In this document: piece after piece, positions 44,937-54,225 of the stretch
How the letters are laid out: the number at the start of each line of letters is the position of its first letter
Position numbering within the stretch: position 1 is the first letter of the stretch
IMG/VR virus record: IMGVR_UViG_3300046170_000299
Length of the DNA stretch: 64,000 nucleotides
Strand: one strand, 5' to 3'
Origin: a virus
The notes under the pieces: model-generated
The model's input: only the letters and a program-made list of their open reading frames with translations
The model's database searches: none
Told to the model about the DNA's origin: nothing
Translations under genes and position numbers: made by a program

Positions 44937-47248
44937 CAAACGGGCATGGAATTAACGTTCGCAAGCGTGATGGGTCTGAGACCGCCCTCAACCTAGATAA
45001 GATTCATAAGGTAGTAGAAGAAGCTTGCGAAGGGTTAGGGAGCGGTGTGAGCGCCTCTCAGGTGGAGATGAACTCTGGTCTGCAATTCTTTGATGGAATT
45101 GAAACCAAAGACATTCAAGAAATTTTGATTCGTTCTGCAAGTGATCTGATTAATTTAGATTCTCCTAACTATCAGTTTGTTGCTGCTCGTCTTCTACTTT
45201 ATGCTGTCTACAAACAGGTTTTTGGATCCGAATGGGTCCAAGGTCTCCCTAGTGTTTATGATCATGCATGTCACTGCACTGATAAACAAGTTTATGATAA
45301 TGATATCCTAGGTAAATATACAAAGGAAGAGTGGAGCAAGATCAATTCTTGGATTGATCATGAACGTGATATGATATTCACCTATGCTGGTTTACGTCAG
45401 GTAGTTGATAAATATCTTGTTCAGGATCGTAGCTCTGGTGTGGTTTACGAATCACCCCAGTACATGTACATGATGATTGCAGTAACACTATTCCAAAATT
45501 ACACAGACAATCGTCTTGAATATGTCCAAAAATACTACAACGCAATCAGCAAACACAAAATCAACATCCCAACGCCAATCATGGCAGGTGTTAGAACGCC
45601 TCTTCGGCAGTTTGCGTCTTGCGTTCTGGTTGATGCTGACGACACCTTGGATAGTATTTTTAGTAGTGATATGGCCATCGGTCGCTATGTCGCTCAGAGG
45701 GCTGGCATTGGTATCAACGCAGGTCGTATCAGGGGCATCAACGCTAAAATCCGAGGCGGAGAAGTACAGCACACTGGCGTTGTTCCTTTCCTTAAAAAAT
45801 TTGAATCGACTGTACGATGCTGTACGCAAAACGGAATCAGAGGAGGATCGGCAACAGTCCACTTCCCAATCTGGCACCAAGAAATAGAAGACATCCTTGT
45901 TCTCAAGAACAATAAGGGTACAGAAGACAATCGAGTGAGGAAACTTGACTACTCAATCCAAATTTCAAAACTTTTCTACGAACGTTTCATTGAGAATGGA
46001 GAGGTTAGCTTATTCTCACCGCATGACGTACCAGGTCTCTATGATGCTTTTGGTACTGATGACTTTGACACTCTATATCGGATGCATGAACTCAATGATG
46101 CTGTTCCGAGAAAGACTATCGGGGCACAGGAATTAATTCTTTCATTGCTTAAGGAGAGAGCAGAGACTGGTCGTATCTATATCATGAATATTGATCACTG
46201 TAATGAGCATTCTTCTTTCAAAGATAAAATTAATATGAGTAACCTCTGTCAAGAGATTACCCTACCTACTGTACCACTTAACCATATTGATGGTGAAGGA
46301 GAGATTGCATTATGCATTCTATCTGCTATCAACGTTGGTAAGATCAGCAAGTTAGATGAATTGGAAAATCTCTGTGACCTAGCAGTCCGTGGTCTAGAGG
46401 AATTGATTGATTATCAGAACTATCCTGTAGAAGCTGCAAAGCGTAGCACTATCAACCGTCGTTCTCTTGGTATTGGTTACATCGGACTAGCACATTACCT
46501 AGCAAAACATGGATATAAATATGACGACCCTGCAGCATGGAAATCAGTCCACGACTTGTCTGAATCTTTCCAGTTCTATCTACTCAAGTCAAGTAACACC
46601 CTTGCCAAAGAAAAAGGTAAGTGTGGTTATTTCGATAGAACAAAGTATGCAGACGGTATCCTCCCAATCGACACTTACAAGCGTGACATCGATGAGTTCT
46701 GTGGGGCGGAGTTAAGTCATGATTGGGAAAATCTTAGAGAATCTATCGTCACCCACGGTCTTAGGCACTCAACACTGTCCGCACAGATGCCTTCAGAGAG
46801 TAGTTCCGTTGTGTCAAACGCAACCAATGGAATCGAACCACCTAGAGGATTCTTGTCCACTAAAAAATCAAAGAAAGGACCTCTTAAGCAGATTGTTCCA
46901 CAGTATGGCACATTAAAAACTAATTATACATTGCTATGGGATATGAAGGATAATGATGGGTACATTAAAATTGTATCTGCCATGCAAAAATTCTTTGACC
47001 AAGCAATTTCTGGCAACTGGAGCTACAATCCAGAAAATTATGACAATAATGAAGTACCTGTATCAGTTATGGCAGGTGACCTTCTTAAAACATATAAGTA
47101 TGGATGGAAGACTTCCTACTATCAAAATACATACGATCAAAAAGGAGAAGAACCTGAATTTACAGAAGAAAAGAAACAGAGTATAGAAGATTTACTTACA
47201 AACATTTTGGAAACAGAGGAAGAAGATTGTGACAGTTGCAAAATTTAG
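44933..47248 (+). CDS. nrdA: class Ia ribonucleotide reductase alpha subunit
   Basis: ATP cone, FASCVL, SNLCQEI, QMPSESSS, C-terminal CDSC. Confidence 0.97.
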   Translation: MTNGHGINVRKRDGSETALNLDKIHKVVEEACEGLGSGVSASQVEMNSGLQFFDGIETKDIQEILIRSASDLINLDSPNYQFVAARLLLYAVYKQVFGSEWVQGLPSVYDHACHCTDKQVYDNDILGKYTKEEWSKINSWIDHERDMIFTYAGLRQVVDKYLVQDRSSGVVYESPQYMYMMIAVTLFQNYTDNRLEYVQKYYNAISKHKINIPTPIMAGVRTPLRQFASCVLVDADDTLDSIFSSDMAIGRYVAQRAGIGINAGRIRGINAKIRGGEVQHTGVVPFLKKFESTVRCCTQNGIRGGSATVHFPIWHQEIEDILVLKNNKGTEDNRVRKLDYSIQISKLFYERFIENGEVSLFSPHDVPGLYDAFGTDDFDTLYRMHELNDAVPRKTIGAQELILSLLKERAETGRIYIMNIDHCNEHSSFKDKINMSNLCQEITLPTVPLNHIDGEGEIALCILSAINVGKISKLDELENLCDLAVRGLEELIDYQNYPVEAAKRSTINRRSLGIGYIGLAHYLAKHGYKYDDPAAWKSVHDLSESFQFYLLKSSNTLAKEKGKCGYFDRTKYADGILPIDTYKRDIDEFCGAELSHDWENLRESIVTHGLRHSTLSAQMPSESSSVVSNATNGIEPPRGFLSTKKSKKGPLKQIVPQYGTLKTNYTLLWDMKDNDGYIKIVSAMQKFFDQAISGNWSYNPENYDNNEVPVSVMAGDLLKTYKYGWKTSYYQNTYDQKGEEPEFTEEKKQSIEDLLTNILETEEEDCDSCKI

Positions 47249-48410
47249 AACTAACGAACCCATGAGTAGTGTAGAAGGCATGACAGTATTCAATACTGAT
47301 CAAGTAGATACAACTAAACAAACTATGTTCTTTGGTCCTCCTCTGGGAGTACAGAGATATGATAAATTTAGGTATCCCATTTTTGATAAGTTGACACAAA
47401 ATCAACTTGGTTTTTTCTGGAGACCTGAAGAGGTATCTCTGCAGAAAGATAGAGCAGATTATCAAACATTAAACAATGCACAAAAACACATATTTACTAG
47501 CAATCTCAAATATCAAATCCTCTTGGACTCCGTACAAGGTCGTGGTCCTGGCATGGCTTTCATGCCTTATTGTTCTTTACCCGAGCTAGAAGGATGTATG
47601 AACATCTGGCAGACTATGGAGATGATTCATAGTCGTTCATACACACATATTATTAAAAATGTATATCCAGACCCCTCTGTTGTCTTTGACCACATTCTAG
47701 ACGACGAGAAGATCCTCTCACGAGCACAATCAGTTACTAAAGCATACGATGAGTTTATTAATATTGCTCAGAGATATGGAACTGGTAACATGTGGAAGGA
47801 TACTTGGAAAGATTCTCCAACAGCAAAGTGGGAAATCAACGATCTCAAGAGAAATCTATATAGAGCAGTCGCTAATGTCTACATCCTTGAAGGCATTAGA
47901 TTCTACGTATCTTTCGCTTGTTCTTTTGCTTTCGGTGAACTTAAACTCCTTGAAGGATCAGCTAAGATCATTGGTCTTATTGCGAGAGATGAATCTCAAC
48001 ACATGACTGTTACTCAAAACATTCTTAACAACTGGAAAAAAGACGATGACCCTGAAATGAGGGAAATTGCTAAGGAAGAAGAAGAGAATGTATATCAAAT
48101 GTTCCGTGATTCTGTAGAAGAAGAGAAGCAGTGGGCAGAGTATCTGTTCAAGGATGGATCTATCATTGGTTTGAATGATAAATTACTACAGAAATACGTT
48201 GAGTGGACTGCTAATCGTCGTTTGAAGTCTATCGGACTCAATGCAATCTTTGATACTCCTATTACCAACAACCCTCTTCCTTGGACTGCACACTGGTTAT
48301 CCTCTAAGGGTATGCAGGTAGCTCCACAGGAGACAGAGGTTGAATCTTACCTAATTGGTAGTATTAAACAAGACGTAAAGAAAGATACTTTTGCAGGATT
48401 TAAATTATAA
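47229..48410 (+). CDS. nrdB: class Ia ribonucleotide reductase beta subunit
   Basis: FFWRPEEVSL, EMIHSRSY, LEGIRFYVSFA, RDESQH, APQETEVESY. Confidence 0.97.
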   Translation: MTVAKFRTNEPMSSVEGMTVFNTDQVDTTKQTMFFGPPLGVQRYDKFRYPIFDKLTQNQLGFFWRPEEVSLQKDRADYQTLNNAQKHIFTSNLKYQILLDSVQGRGPGMAFMPYCSLPELEGCMNIWQTMEMIHSRSYTHIIKNVYPDPSVVFDHILDDEKILSRAQSVTKAYDEFINIAQRYGTGNMWKDTWKDSPTAKWEINDLKRNLYRAVANVYILEGIRFYVSFACSFAFGELKLLEGSAKIIGLIARDESQHMTVTQNILNNWKKDDDPEMREIAKEEEENVYQMFRDSVEEEKQWAEYLFKDGSIIGLNDKLLQKYVEWTANRRLKSIGLNAIFDTPITNNPLPWTAHWLSSKGMQVAPQETEVESYLIGSIKQDVKKDTFAGFKL

Positions 48411-48412
48411 CT

Positions 48413-49039
48413 ATGGACCTTTGGAAAAATTACAAAACATCTCTTGCAAACGTTTTTCCAGACATGAAATTTGTTCAGCGACATGCTGAATGGACTAATG
48501 ATAAAGATGTAAACTTGACTGCTGATTTGTATTCAGGTAAACATCTAATCAAATCAAGACAAGTTGAAATTTGGGACAATAAATCTTGCAGCATTTATAA
48601 CAACATATTGTATCCCAGAACAGGATCAAACTTACCCTGTTTTGGTATGGATCTTATGGGAATGAGTGACAAGAGAGTTGTTATTGTGTTTGATTTTCAA
48701 CACCCTGTAGAAAAATACTTGTTTTATACATCAGATCTACCTAAAGTAGAAGGAACGTATAGATTTTTTGAAGCAGGCAATCATTTTTCTGACAATCTTA
48801 TTGTTAGATATTGTAAACCCGATGAGGTAGATGAACATCTGCCTTTGTTTACAAAATATATTCAATACTATAAAAACATGCTAGATGAGCATCAACCAAT
48901 TGGTACTGATACTACACAGTATGTTGATTTTGACAGATACATGATAAGACTTGATCCTATATCTGGGTATTTGTCCAATAGATTTGGCAAGGAAAAATCT
49001 CAAACCTTGATTAAAGAATTCTTTTTCAGTTATGCTTAA
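48413..49039 (+). CDS. pebS: phycoerythrobilin synthase PebS
   Basis: YN.ILYP.TG..LPCFGMDLM, FDFQHP.EKYLF, YRFFE.GNHFS, YCKPDEVD, LDP..GY; matches the remembered P-SSM2 PebS including both catalytic Asp. Confidence 0.9.
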   Translation: MDLWKNYKTSLANVFPDMKFVQRHAEWTNDKDVNLTADLYSGKHLIKSRQVEIWDNKSCSIYNNILYPRTGSNLPCFGMDLMGMSDKRVVIVFDFQHPVEKYLFYTSDLPKVEGTYRFFEAGNHFSDNLIVRYCKPDEVDEHLPLFTKYIQYYKNMLDEHQPIGTDTTQYVDFDRYMIRLDPISGYLSNRFGKEKSQTLIKEFFFSYA

Positions 49040-49041
49040 AA

Positions 49042-49731
49042 ATGGGAAGACAAATAATTAATGACTTAGCTAGTATCATTCGTAAACATCAAAATACTTT
49101 ACCTAACATAGAGGAATTAGATGTTGATGATGAATTCAAAGAAGTCTATAAAGAAACACAGGATGGTAGATTGACCATCGAAAATGATATGCACATGTGT
49201 ACTGGATTACGTAAGGTACATATGGAAATTGCTAGTCTAGGACCACTTGATATCTTACATTGTATTTGGTATCCAGATCCTGAATTCGATTTGCCTATTT
49301 TTGGTGCTGATATCATAGCTAACAAAAATATTGTTACTGCTGCTATCACAGATATTTCTCCTGTTGATGATCTATGTCATCCAATCTATGAAGACATTGC
49401 TGATATTAGTAGATACTATTGTTTTAAACATAACAGGGAGATTCCTGCATGGGGTACAATCTTTTCACCTTACTGTAAGTTCGCAAGACTGGATGATGAT
49501 CAAGAAATTGACACATTTTGTCATGTAGTTGATGAATATCTAGATGCATTTGTTGGTGCTGTTTGGAAATCAACTATGGATAGCTGTGGAGCAGAACAAA
49601 GATGGGTAGCACAGTCAAATTACTGCAGTAACCAGAAGAAAAATGACAAAACTAGAAAAATTTTAGAAAATTATTTTGGTGTTCCTTGGGCAGATCATTA
49701 CATCAATAAAGTATTATTTGACGAACCCTAA
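49042..49731 (+). CDS. pcyA: phycocyanobilin:ferredoxin oxidoreductase PcyA
   Basis: LRKVHMEIA, DILHCIWYPDPEFDLPIFGADI, AAITDISP, PAWGTIFSP, Q..YC..Q..NDKTR. Confidence 0.9.
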   Translation: MGRQIINDLASIIRKHQNTLPNIEELDVDDEFKEVYKETQDGRLTIENDMHMCTGLRKVHMEIASLGPLDILHCIWYPDPEFDLPIFGADIIANKNIVTAAITDISPVDDLCHPIYEDIADISRYYCFKHNREIPAWGTIFSPYCKFARLDDDQEIDTFCHVVDEYLDAFVGAVWKSTMDSCGAEQRWVAQSNYCSNQKKNDKTRKILENYFGVPWADHYINKVLFDEP

Positions 49732-49756
49732 ATATTGGAGATGATATGATGATCAT

Positions 49757-50236
49757 GTGGAAAAATATAAAGAATATGAGAATGCCTGGATCTATCATGG
49801 CAGCGTCTTTGACGGGTCTCTTATTGGGGACAACTATGGTTTTGTTTACAAAATTACCTGTAGCACCACCAACCGTTCCTACATCGGTAGAAAATACTTT
49901 TGGCAAAAACGAAAGCCTAGAGCTGTGGGTCAAACTACCAAGCGGCGAAGAGTTACTAGTGAAAGTGACTGGAGAAAATACTACGGAAGTTGTCCAGAGC
50001 TTAAAGAAGATGTTAAAAAGTATGGACGGGAGTCTTTTGCTAGAGAAATCCTCTCCCTACACAGGACACCTGGAAGGGTCAACTACGAAGAGACTCGACA
50101 GCTCTTCCTCCATGACGTTCTAACAAAAGCCTTGACAGACGGCACTCCTGTCTACTATAATTCAAACATACTCGGTCGCTACTACAGGAAAGACTATTTT
50201 GATTTTGGAAACGATTCTGGCGTTGACGCCTGCTGA
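49757..50236 (+). CDS. GIY-YIG family nuclease-like protein
   Basis: GFVY.I......YIG.K, W..YYGS, F.REIL, E. Confidence 0.75.
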   Translation: MEKYKEYENAWIYHGSVFDGSLIGDNYGFVYKITCSTTNRSYIGRKYFWQKRKPRAVGQTTKRRRVTSESDWRKYYGSCPELKEDVKKYGRESFAREILSLHRTPGRVNYEETRQLFLHDVLTKALTDGTPVYYNSNILGRYYRKDYFDFGNDSGVDAC

Positions 50237-50588
50237 CTATGACCACCTTGCGCGAGCAGTACAGGTTGAAGCAGCGACTAATACAATGGATGAATACTGT
50301 GTTGCAGTCTCCATTCTAAATAGAGTCAGGTCACCTAGGTATCCTAACACTGTTGCTGACGTAGTGTATGCTCCTGGTCAATACGAAGGTTTCTTATACC
50401 GTCGTCCAGCTGCCAAGACTTCTACAATCACTCGTCTGTTAGATACAAATAAGATGCTTACGGCATATAATATCATTGGAGACAGAACTAATTTTAAAGG
50501 ACAACGTATGTTGCCTTATCGTGTAGTTGCAGAAGATCCTATGTGTGATCCTAAAGGTAATTTCTTTCATTATTATTGGCAATCGTGA
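50199..50588 (+). CDS. SleB-like cell wall hydrolase (Hydrolase_2)
   Basis: LARAVQVEA, VAVSILNRV.SP.YPNTV..VVY.PGQY. Confidence 0.82.
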   Translation: MILETILALTPADYDHLARAVQVEAATNTMDEYCVAVSILNRVRSPRYPNTVADVVYAPGQYEGFLYRRPAAKTSTITRLLDTNKMLTAYNIIGDRTNFKGQRMLPYRVVAEDPMCDPKGNFFHYYWQS

Positions 50589-51127
50589 TATACTCGATAT
50601 TTAATTACAACTTCTTCGCTCAATTTCAAGCAGTTAATCATGAAAAATTAATAGCAGAATTGAATAGAGAAGTTGTACTTGGTGTTAATGATTATGCATG
50701 GTCTGCTAAGTGTGATGTATCTACAAAAAGATTAGATACAGGTAAGTACACTGAATTACTACAACCAAGCATCAATAAATTTGCAGATACTCTTCAAAGA
50801 AAATTAAATTTTGCAATTGATGAAGCATGGTTAAATAGTTATCAAAAAGGTTCTTATCAAGAGATTCATGATCATGTCCCTTCAGATATATCATGTGTAT
50901 TATTCTTGAATCATGGAAAAAACTTTTCGGAATTTTATTTTAGGGATAGGTACAGTTCAGATGTCTCATTTAGATTGAGACAAACATTAGGTTTTACAGA
51001 TCTATGGACTCCACAAATTAAAGCAGGAGATATATTATTTTTTCCTTCTAATGTTCTTCATGGAGTTTCTAAACATAAGAGTGATACGTTGAGAAAAACG
51101 TTTTCATGTGATATAATAATCAAATGA
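50585..51127 (+). CDS. 2OG-Fe(II) oxygenase (TIGR02466-like)
   Basis: WLNSY..G..Q..HDH, SCVLFL, GDILFFPS..LHGV, R.TFS; GTGA-coupled start. Confidence 0.8.
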   Translation: MIYSIFNYNFFAQFQAVNHEKLIAELNREVVLGVNDYAWSAKCDVSTKRLDTGKYTELLQPSINKFADTLQRKLNFAIDEAWLNSYQKGSYQEIHDHVPSDISCVLFLNHGKNFSEFYFRDRYSSDVSFRLRQTLGFTDLWTPQIKAGDILFFPSNVLHGVSKHKSDTLRKTFSCDIIIK

Positions 51128-51198
51128 CTCAGTAGCTCAGTGGACAGAGCAACTGCCTTCTAAGCAGTCGGTCGTTGGTTCGACCCCAACCTGAGTCG
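51126..51198 (+). tRNA. tRNA-Arg (anticodon UCU)
   Basis: Acceptor GACTCAG/CTGAGTC, anticodon arm ACTGC-CTTCTAA-GCAGT, T-loop GTTCGA; no encoded CCA. Confidence 0.95.
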
Positions 51199-51201
51199 TT
51201 A

Positions 51202-51284
51202 GTCGGTATGGCGGAATTGGTAGACGCGATAGATTTAGGTTCTATTGTCTTTATGGCGTGGAGGTTCAAGTCCTCTTACCGACA
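51202..51284 (+). tRNA. tRNA-Leu (anticodon UAG)
   Basis: Acceptor GTCGGTA/TACCGAC, anticodon arm ATAGA-TTTAGGT-TCTAT, long variable arm, GTTCAA. Confidence 0.95.
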
Positions 51285-51287
51285 TTC

Positions 51288-51359
51288 GGGTGAATAGCTC
51301 AGCGGTAGAGCATCTCCTTTACACGGAGGCGGTCGGGGGTTCGATCCCCTCTTCACCCA
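51288..51359 (+). tRNA. tRNA-Val (anticodon UAC)
   Basis: Acceptor GGGTGAA/TTCACCC, anticodon arm TCTCC-TTTACAC-GGAGG, GTTCGA. Confidence 0.95.
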
Positions 51360-51389
51360 TCACTTCACAGAGAGGTTAAATGCTTAACA

Positions 51390-51638
51390 ATGTTAACGGC
51401 ACGATGCAAACTATGCAACAAAGAACTGACAAGCACTAGCAAAGTTCAGTTCTGTGGTTGTCCAAATCAGATGAGAGTTTTGGATGATCATGTTGGAGCT
51501 ATTGACTTAAGTCAAGTAGTTCTTACAAAACATAAAGAAAGTATTAAATATAACGGGATTCTTACATCTGATGACCTAAAATACCAAGAGGAACGACGCA
51601 AAAGAAAAGTGCGTCGTATTAAATTCGAGGAACGTTAA
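51390..51638 (+). CDS. Zn-ribbon hypothetical protein
   Basis: RCKLCNKEL...CGCPN. Confidence 0.75.
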   Translation: MLTARCKLCNKELTSTSKVQFCGCPNQMRVLDDHVGAIDLSQVVLTKHKESIKYNGILTSDDLKYQEERRKRKVRRIKFEER

Positions 51639-51850
51639 TGATCAATCTTGATGAACGGTATCATTCATACCTAATGACAAACAAATGCTTCTATATTGAT
51701 GGTGTTTGTGAGAAAGTTAAAGGTTATGGTTATAACTGTGACAATACCGACATTATTGGTTACTACGTACTCACTACAAAACATAAATTATTCTACAATC
51801 TTGAGGAAAAATTTCTTCGTAAAGAGCTTCTTCCTACGGTTACTATATAA
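51638..51850 (+). CDS. hypothetical protein
   Basis: 70 aa, TAATG-coupled. Confidence 0.7.
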   Translation: MINLDERYHSYLMTNKCFYIDGVCEKVKGYGYNCDNTDIIGYYVLTTKHKLFYNLEEKFLRKELLPTVTI

Positions 51851-51868
51851 AAAACATTTTTGATTATT

Positions 51869-52516
51869 ATGCGAATTTTTCTAGACACTGCTGACTACGA
51901 AGCAATTGCTGAACGCTATGAGACTGGTCTAGTCGATGGTATTACTACAAATCCTACATTAGTTCGTAAGTCAGGTGTAAACTACCTTGACTTTATCAGG
52001 ACACTTGCTTCTGAATTTCAGTTTGAAAGTATTTCTGCTGAAGTTGAAGGTGATACTGATGTAGAAATGATTCGTAATGCCCAACAATATATTGAGGTTG
52101 GAGAAAACGTTACGATCAAACTGCCCCTCACTAAAGATGGGTTATCTGCATGTAAAGTTCTCACTGATGATGGTATTGAAACTAATGTTACCTTGTGCTT
52201 CAGTGTTGCTCAAGCAATCATGGCAGCGAAGGCAGGTGCCACGTATATCTCACCCTTTGTGGGTCGTTTGAATGACAACTCTTTCAGTGGTGTTGAACTT
52301 GTTCGTGCTATCTCTGGTCTGTATTGTTCTCAGGGTGTAGATACTAAGATTCTTGCTGCTAGTTTGAGAGATGTTCACCATGTCTCTCGTTGTTTCTTGT
52401 ATGGTGCTAATGTATGTACGTTGCCACCAGCTGTGTTTGATAAAATGTATAACCATGTGCTGACTGATTCTGGTCTAGCAATCTTTGAAGAAGACTTTAA
52501 AAAACTAAAAGAATGA
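51869..52516 (+). CDS. talC: transaldolase TalC
   Basis: IFLDTAD, GITTNPT, Schiff-base TIKLP, TNVTLCFS, YISPFVGR, ILAASLR. Confidence 0.96.
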   Translation: MRIFLDTADYEAIAERYETGLVDGITTNPTLVRKSGVNYLDFIRTLASEFQFESISAEVEGDTDVEMIRNAQQYIEVGENVTIKLPLTKDGLSACKVLTDDGIETNVTLCFSVAQAIMAAKAGATYISPFVGRLNDNSFSGVELVRAISGLYCSQGVDTKILAASLRDVHHVSRCFLYGANVCTLPPAVFDKMYNHVLTDSGLAIFEEDFKKLKE

Positions 52517-52755
52517 TTATAATCTATTCAAAATCTGGTTGTCCATATTGTGTAAAGATAAAAAAAGTGATGGAGATTGAAGAACTCCAACACATATCAT
52601 ATGAACTTAATCGTGACTTTACAAAAGAAGAATTCTATGCTAAATTTGGTGAGGGATCAACCTTTCCACAAGTCACTCTAGATGATCTTCATCTAGGTGG
52701 GTGTCAGGAATCTATTAAACATATGCAAAAGGAGAAAATCTGTTGTCAGCTATAA
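52513..52755 (+). CDS. nrdC: glutaredoxin
   Basis: CPYC, TFPQV, LGG. Confidence 0.92.
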   Translation: MIIIYSKSGCPYCVKIKKVMEIEELQHISYELNRDFTKEEFYAKFGEGSTFPQVTLDDLHLGGCQESIKHMQKEKICCQL

Positions 52756-52955
52756 TCGAAGTTCCGTTTGCTGAATTTGAAAAAGACTTTGATGCTTACA
52801 TGGATCGCATTGAAGCAGGCGAAACATTTATTGTTCGCAAACCAGATGGAACTGCTGTCATGGCAGTCCCTGCTGAAGAATACAAAGAACTAACAGATCA
52901 GGTTACTGATTTAGATTGGGAAAATATGATGACGAATCACGATGATGCTAGTTGA
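52743..52955 (+). CDS. Phd/YefM-like antitoxin-fold protein ('plasmid stability' family)
   Basis: EFEKDFDAYMDRIEAGETFIV...AVMAVPAEEY. Confidence 0.7.
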   Translation: MSAIIEVPFAEFEKDFDAYMDRIEAGETFIVRKPDGTAVMAVPAEEYKELTDQVTDLDWENMMTNHDDAS

Positions 52956-53985
52956 AACATTAAAATCTATTGCTACGAATGAACTCTACATGGGTTACAT
53001 TTTTGGTATTATGATCTTGGGTGGATTCATCCGTGAACATAGTGCATTAGAAGATGTATATTCTTTAGCTAAAAAGTATGTAAAGGATCATCGTATTCTT
53101 GTTATTATTACCTCTTTGTTGGGTGGTATTCTTCCTATTCCTGGTCGTGTTGCTCTCTCAGCACCACTCCTTGATGCCATCGCACCACCTGATAAGGAGA
53201 GGCGTTCTGCTTTTGGTGTGATTGATTACCTATCAGTCCACCATTACTATTGGTGGTCCCCACTAGAGAAGACAGTTGTCCTGCCTATGGCAGTGATGGG
53301 TGTATCTTATGGAACTTTCCTAGGATATACTATTATTCCTTTGATTATCACCTTGACATATACATGGTGGTATATTTTCACTAAGGTTCCTGCAAGATCT
53401 GTTGTTCCTAATTTAGAACACGTAAGAGATTTTAACTGGCGTCGTGCTCTTACTGGATGGGCACCACTTATTGCCACTGTTATTCTTCTATTGAATACGG
53501 GTAAGGCAGGAGCACCATTCTTCTTCCCTTGGTTCCTTGGTATGTCAATCTATTACTCGATTGTATATAAGGATTGGAAGTGGGGCAGATGGTTGGATGG
53601 TAAGTTTGCTATTATTGCAACTGTTGTCCTTGCTCTTGGTGGTGTGGTTGGACTGGTCAAAGGACCTGTTATGGAATATCTAAAGGCAGCAACGCCTGAA
53701 ATGCTTATTCCTGCTTCTCTAGTAGCTATGGTTGCTGCTTACATCATGGGTTCATCTGGCAAGTACGCTGGCATGACTTCTGTGCTAGTATCGATCTTCG
53801 GTCCTCAGTATCTCGTGTGGTTCCTCTGCACTGAGTATTCTGGTTATCTGATCTCACCTGCACACAAGTGTCTCATGATTGGACAGCAGTATTTCGGTAC
53901 ACCAATTCGGAAATACTACGTTGTCCTTTCTCGATTGTGTGCTATACTTATTGCATACGCAGCAATCACCACCTTCATCCTATGA
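52942..53985 (+). CDS. multi-pass membrane transporter, DUF401/ion-transporter superfamily-like
   Basis: About 9-10 hydrophobic segments; GGILPIPGRVALSAP, WWSPLE, GYLISPAHKCL...QYF. Confidence 0.75.
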   Translation: MMLVETLKSIATNELYMGYIFGIMILGGFIREHSALEDVYSLAKKYVKDHRILVIITSLLGGILPIPGRVALSAPLLDAIAPPDKERRSAFGVIDYLSVHHYYWWSPLEKTVVLPMAVMGVSYGTFLGYTIIPLIITLTYTWWYIFTKVPARSVVPNLEHVRDFNWRRALTGWAPLIATVILLLNTGKAGAPFFFPWFLGMSIYYSIVYKDWKWGRWLDGKFAIIATVVLALGGVVGLVKGPVMEYLKAATPEMLIPASLVAMVAAYIMGSSGKYAGMTSVLVSIFGPQYLVWFLCTEYSGYLISPAHKCLMIGQQYFGTPIRKYYVVLSRLCAILIAYAAITTFIL

Positions 53986-54218
53986 AACCCGAAGTCATCC
54001 TTGAACGCTATCCTTACCGTTACGTCCAGTGCGGTACGCTAGAGATCAACGGTATGCCAGACTATCGCATCCAGAAGTACAACGACTGGACTAAGCGTTA
54101 TGCTGATATGTACCTCATTGACAATGCTATTCAACTAGATTATGTCATCGAGGACTTTGAATACACCAAGTGGTTAGACCCCGACCCTGAAGTGGGTGCC
54201 TATCGTAAATACAACTAA
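53982..54218 (+). CDS. conserved hypothetical protein
   Basis: ATGA-coupled; RYPYRYV..G....NG.PDYRIQK. Confidence 0.75.
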   Translation: MKPEVILERYPYRYVQCGTLEINGMPDYRIQKYNDWTKRYADMYLIDNAIQLDYVIEDFEYTKWLDPDPEVGAYRKYN

Positions 54219-54225
54219 GGTTATT

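Noticed and set aside
29953-48410. Introns or inteins in gp43, gp41, nrdA and nrdB
   Set aside because: All are continuous ORFs of ordinary length with no intein or intron signatures seen.
49746-50123. 125-aa + strand ORF with a hydrophobic N-terminus
   Set aside because: It is fully nested in another frame of the GIY-YIG gene, which has the family motifs.
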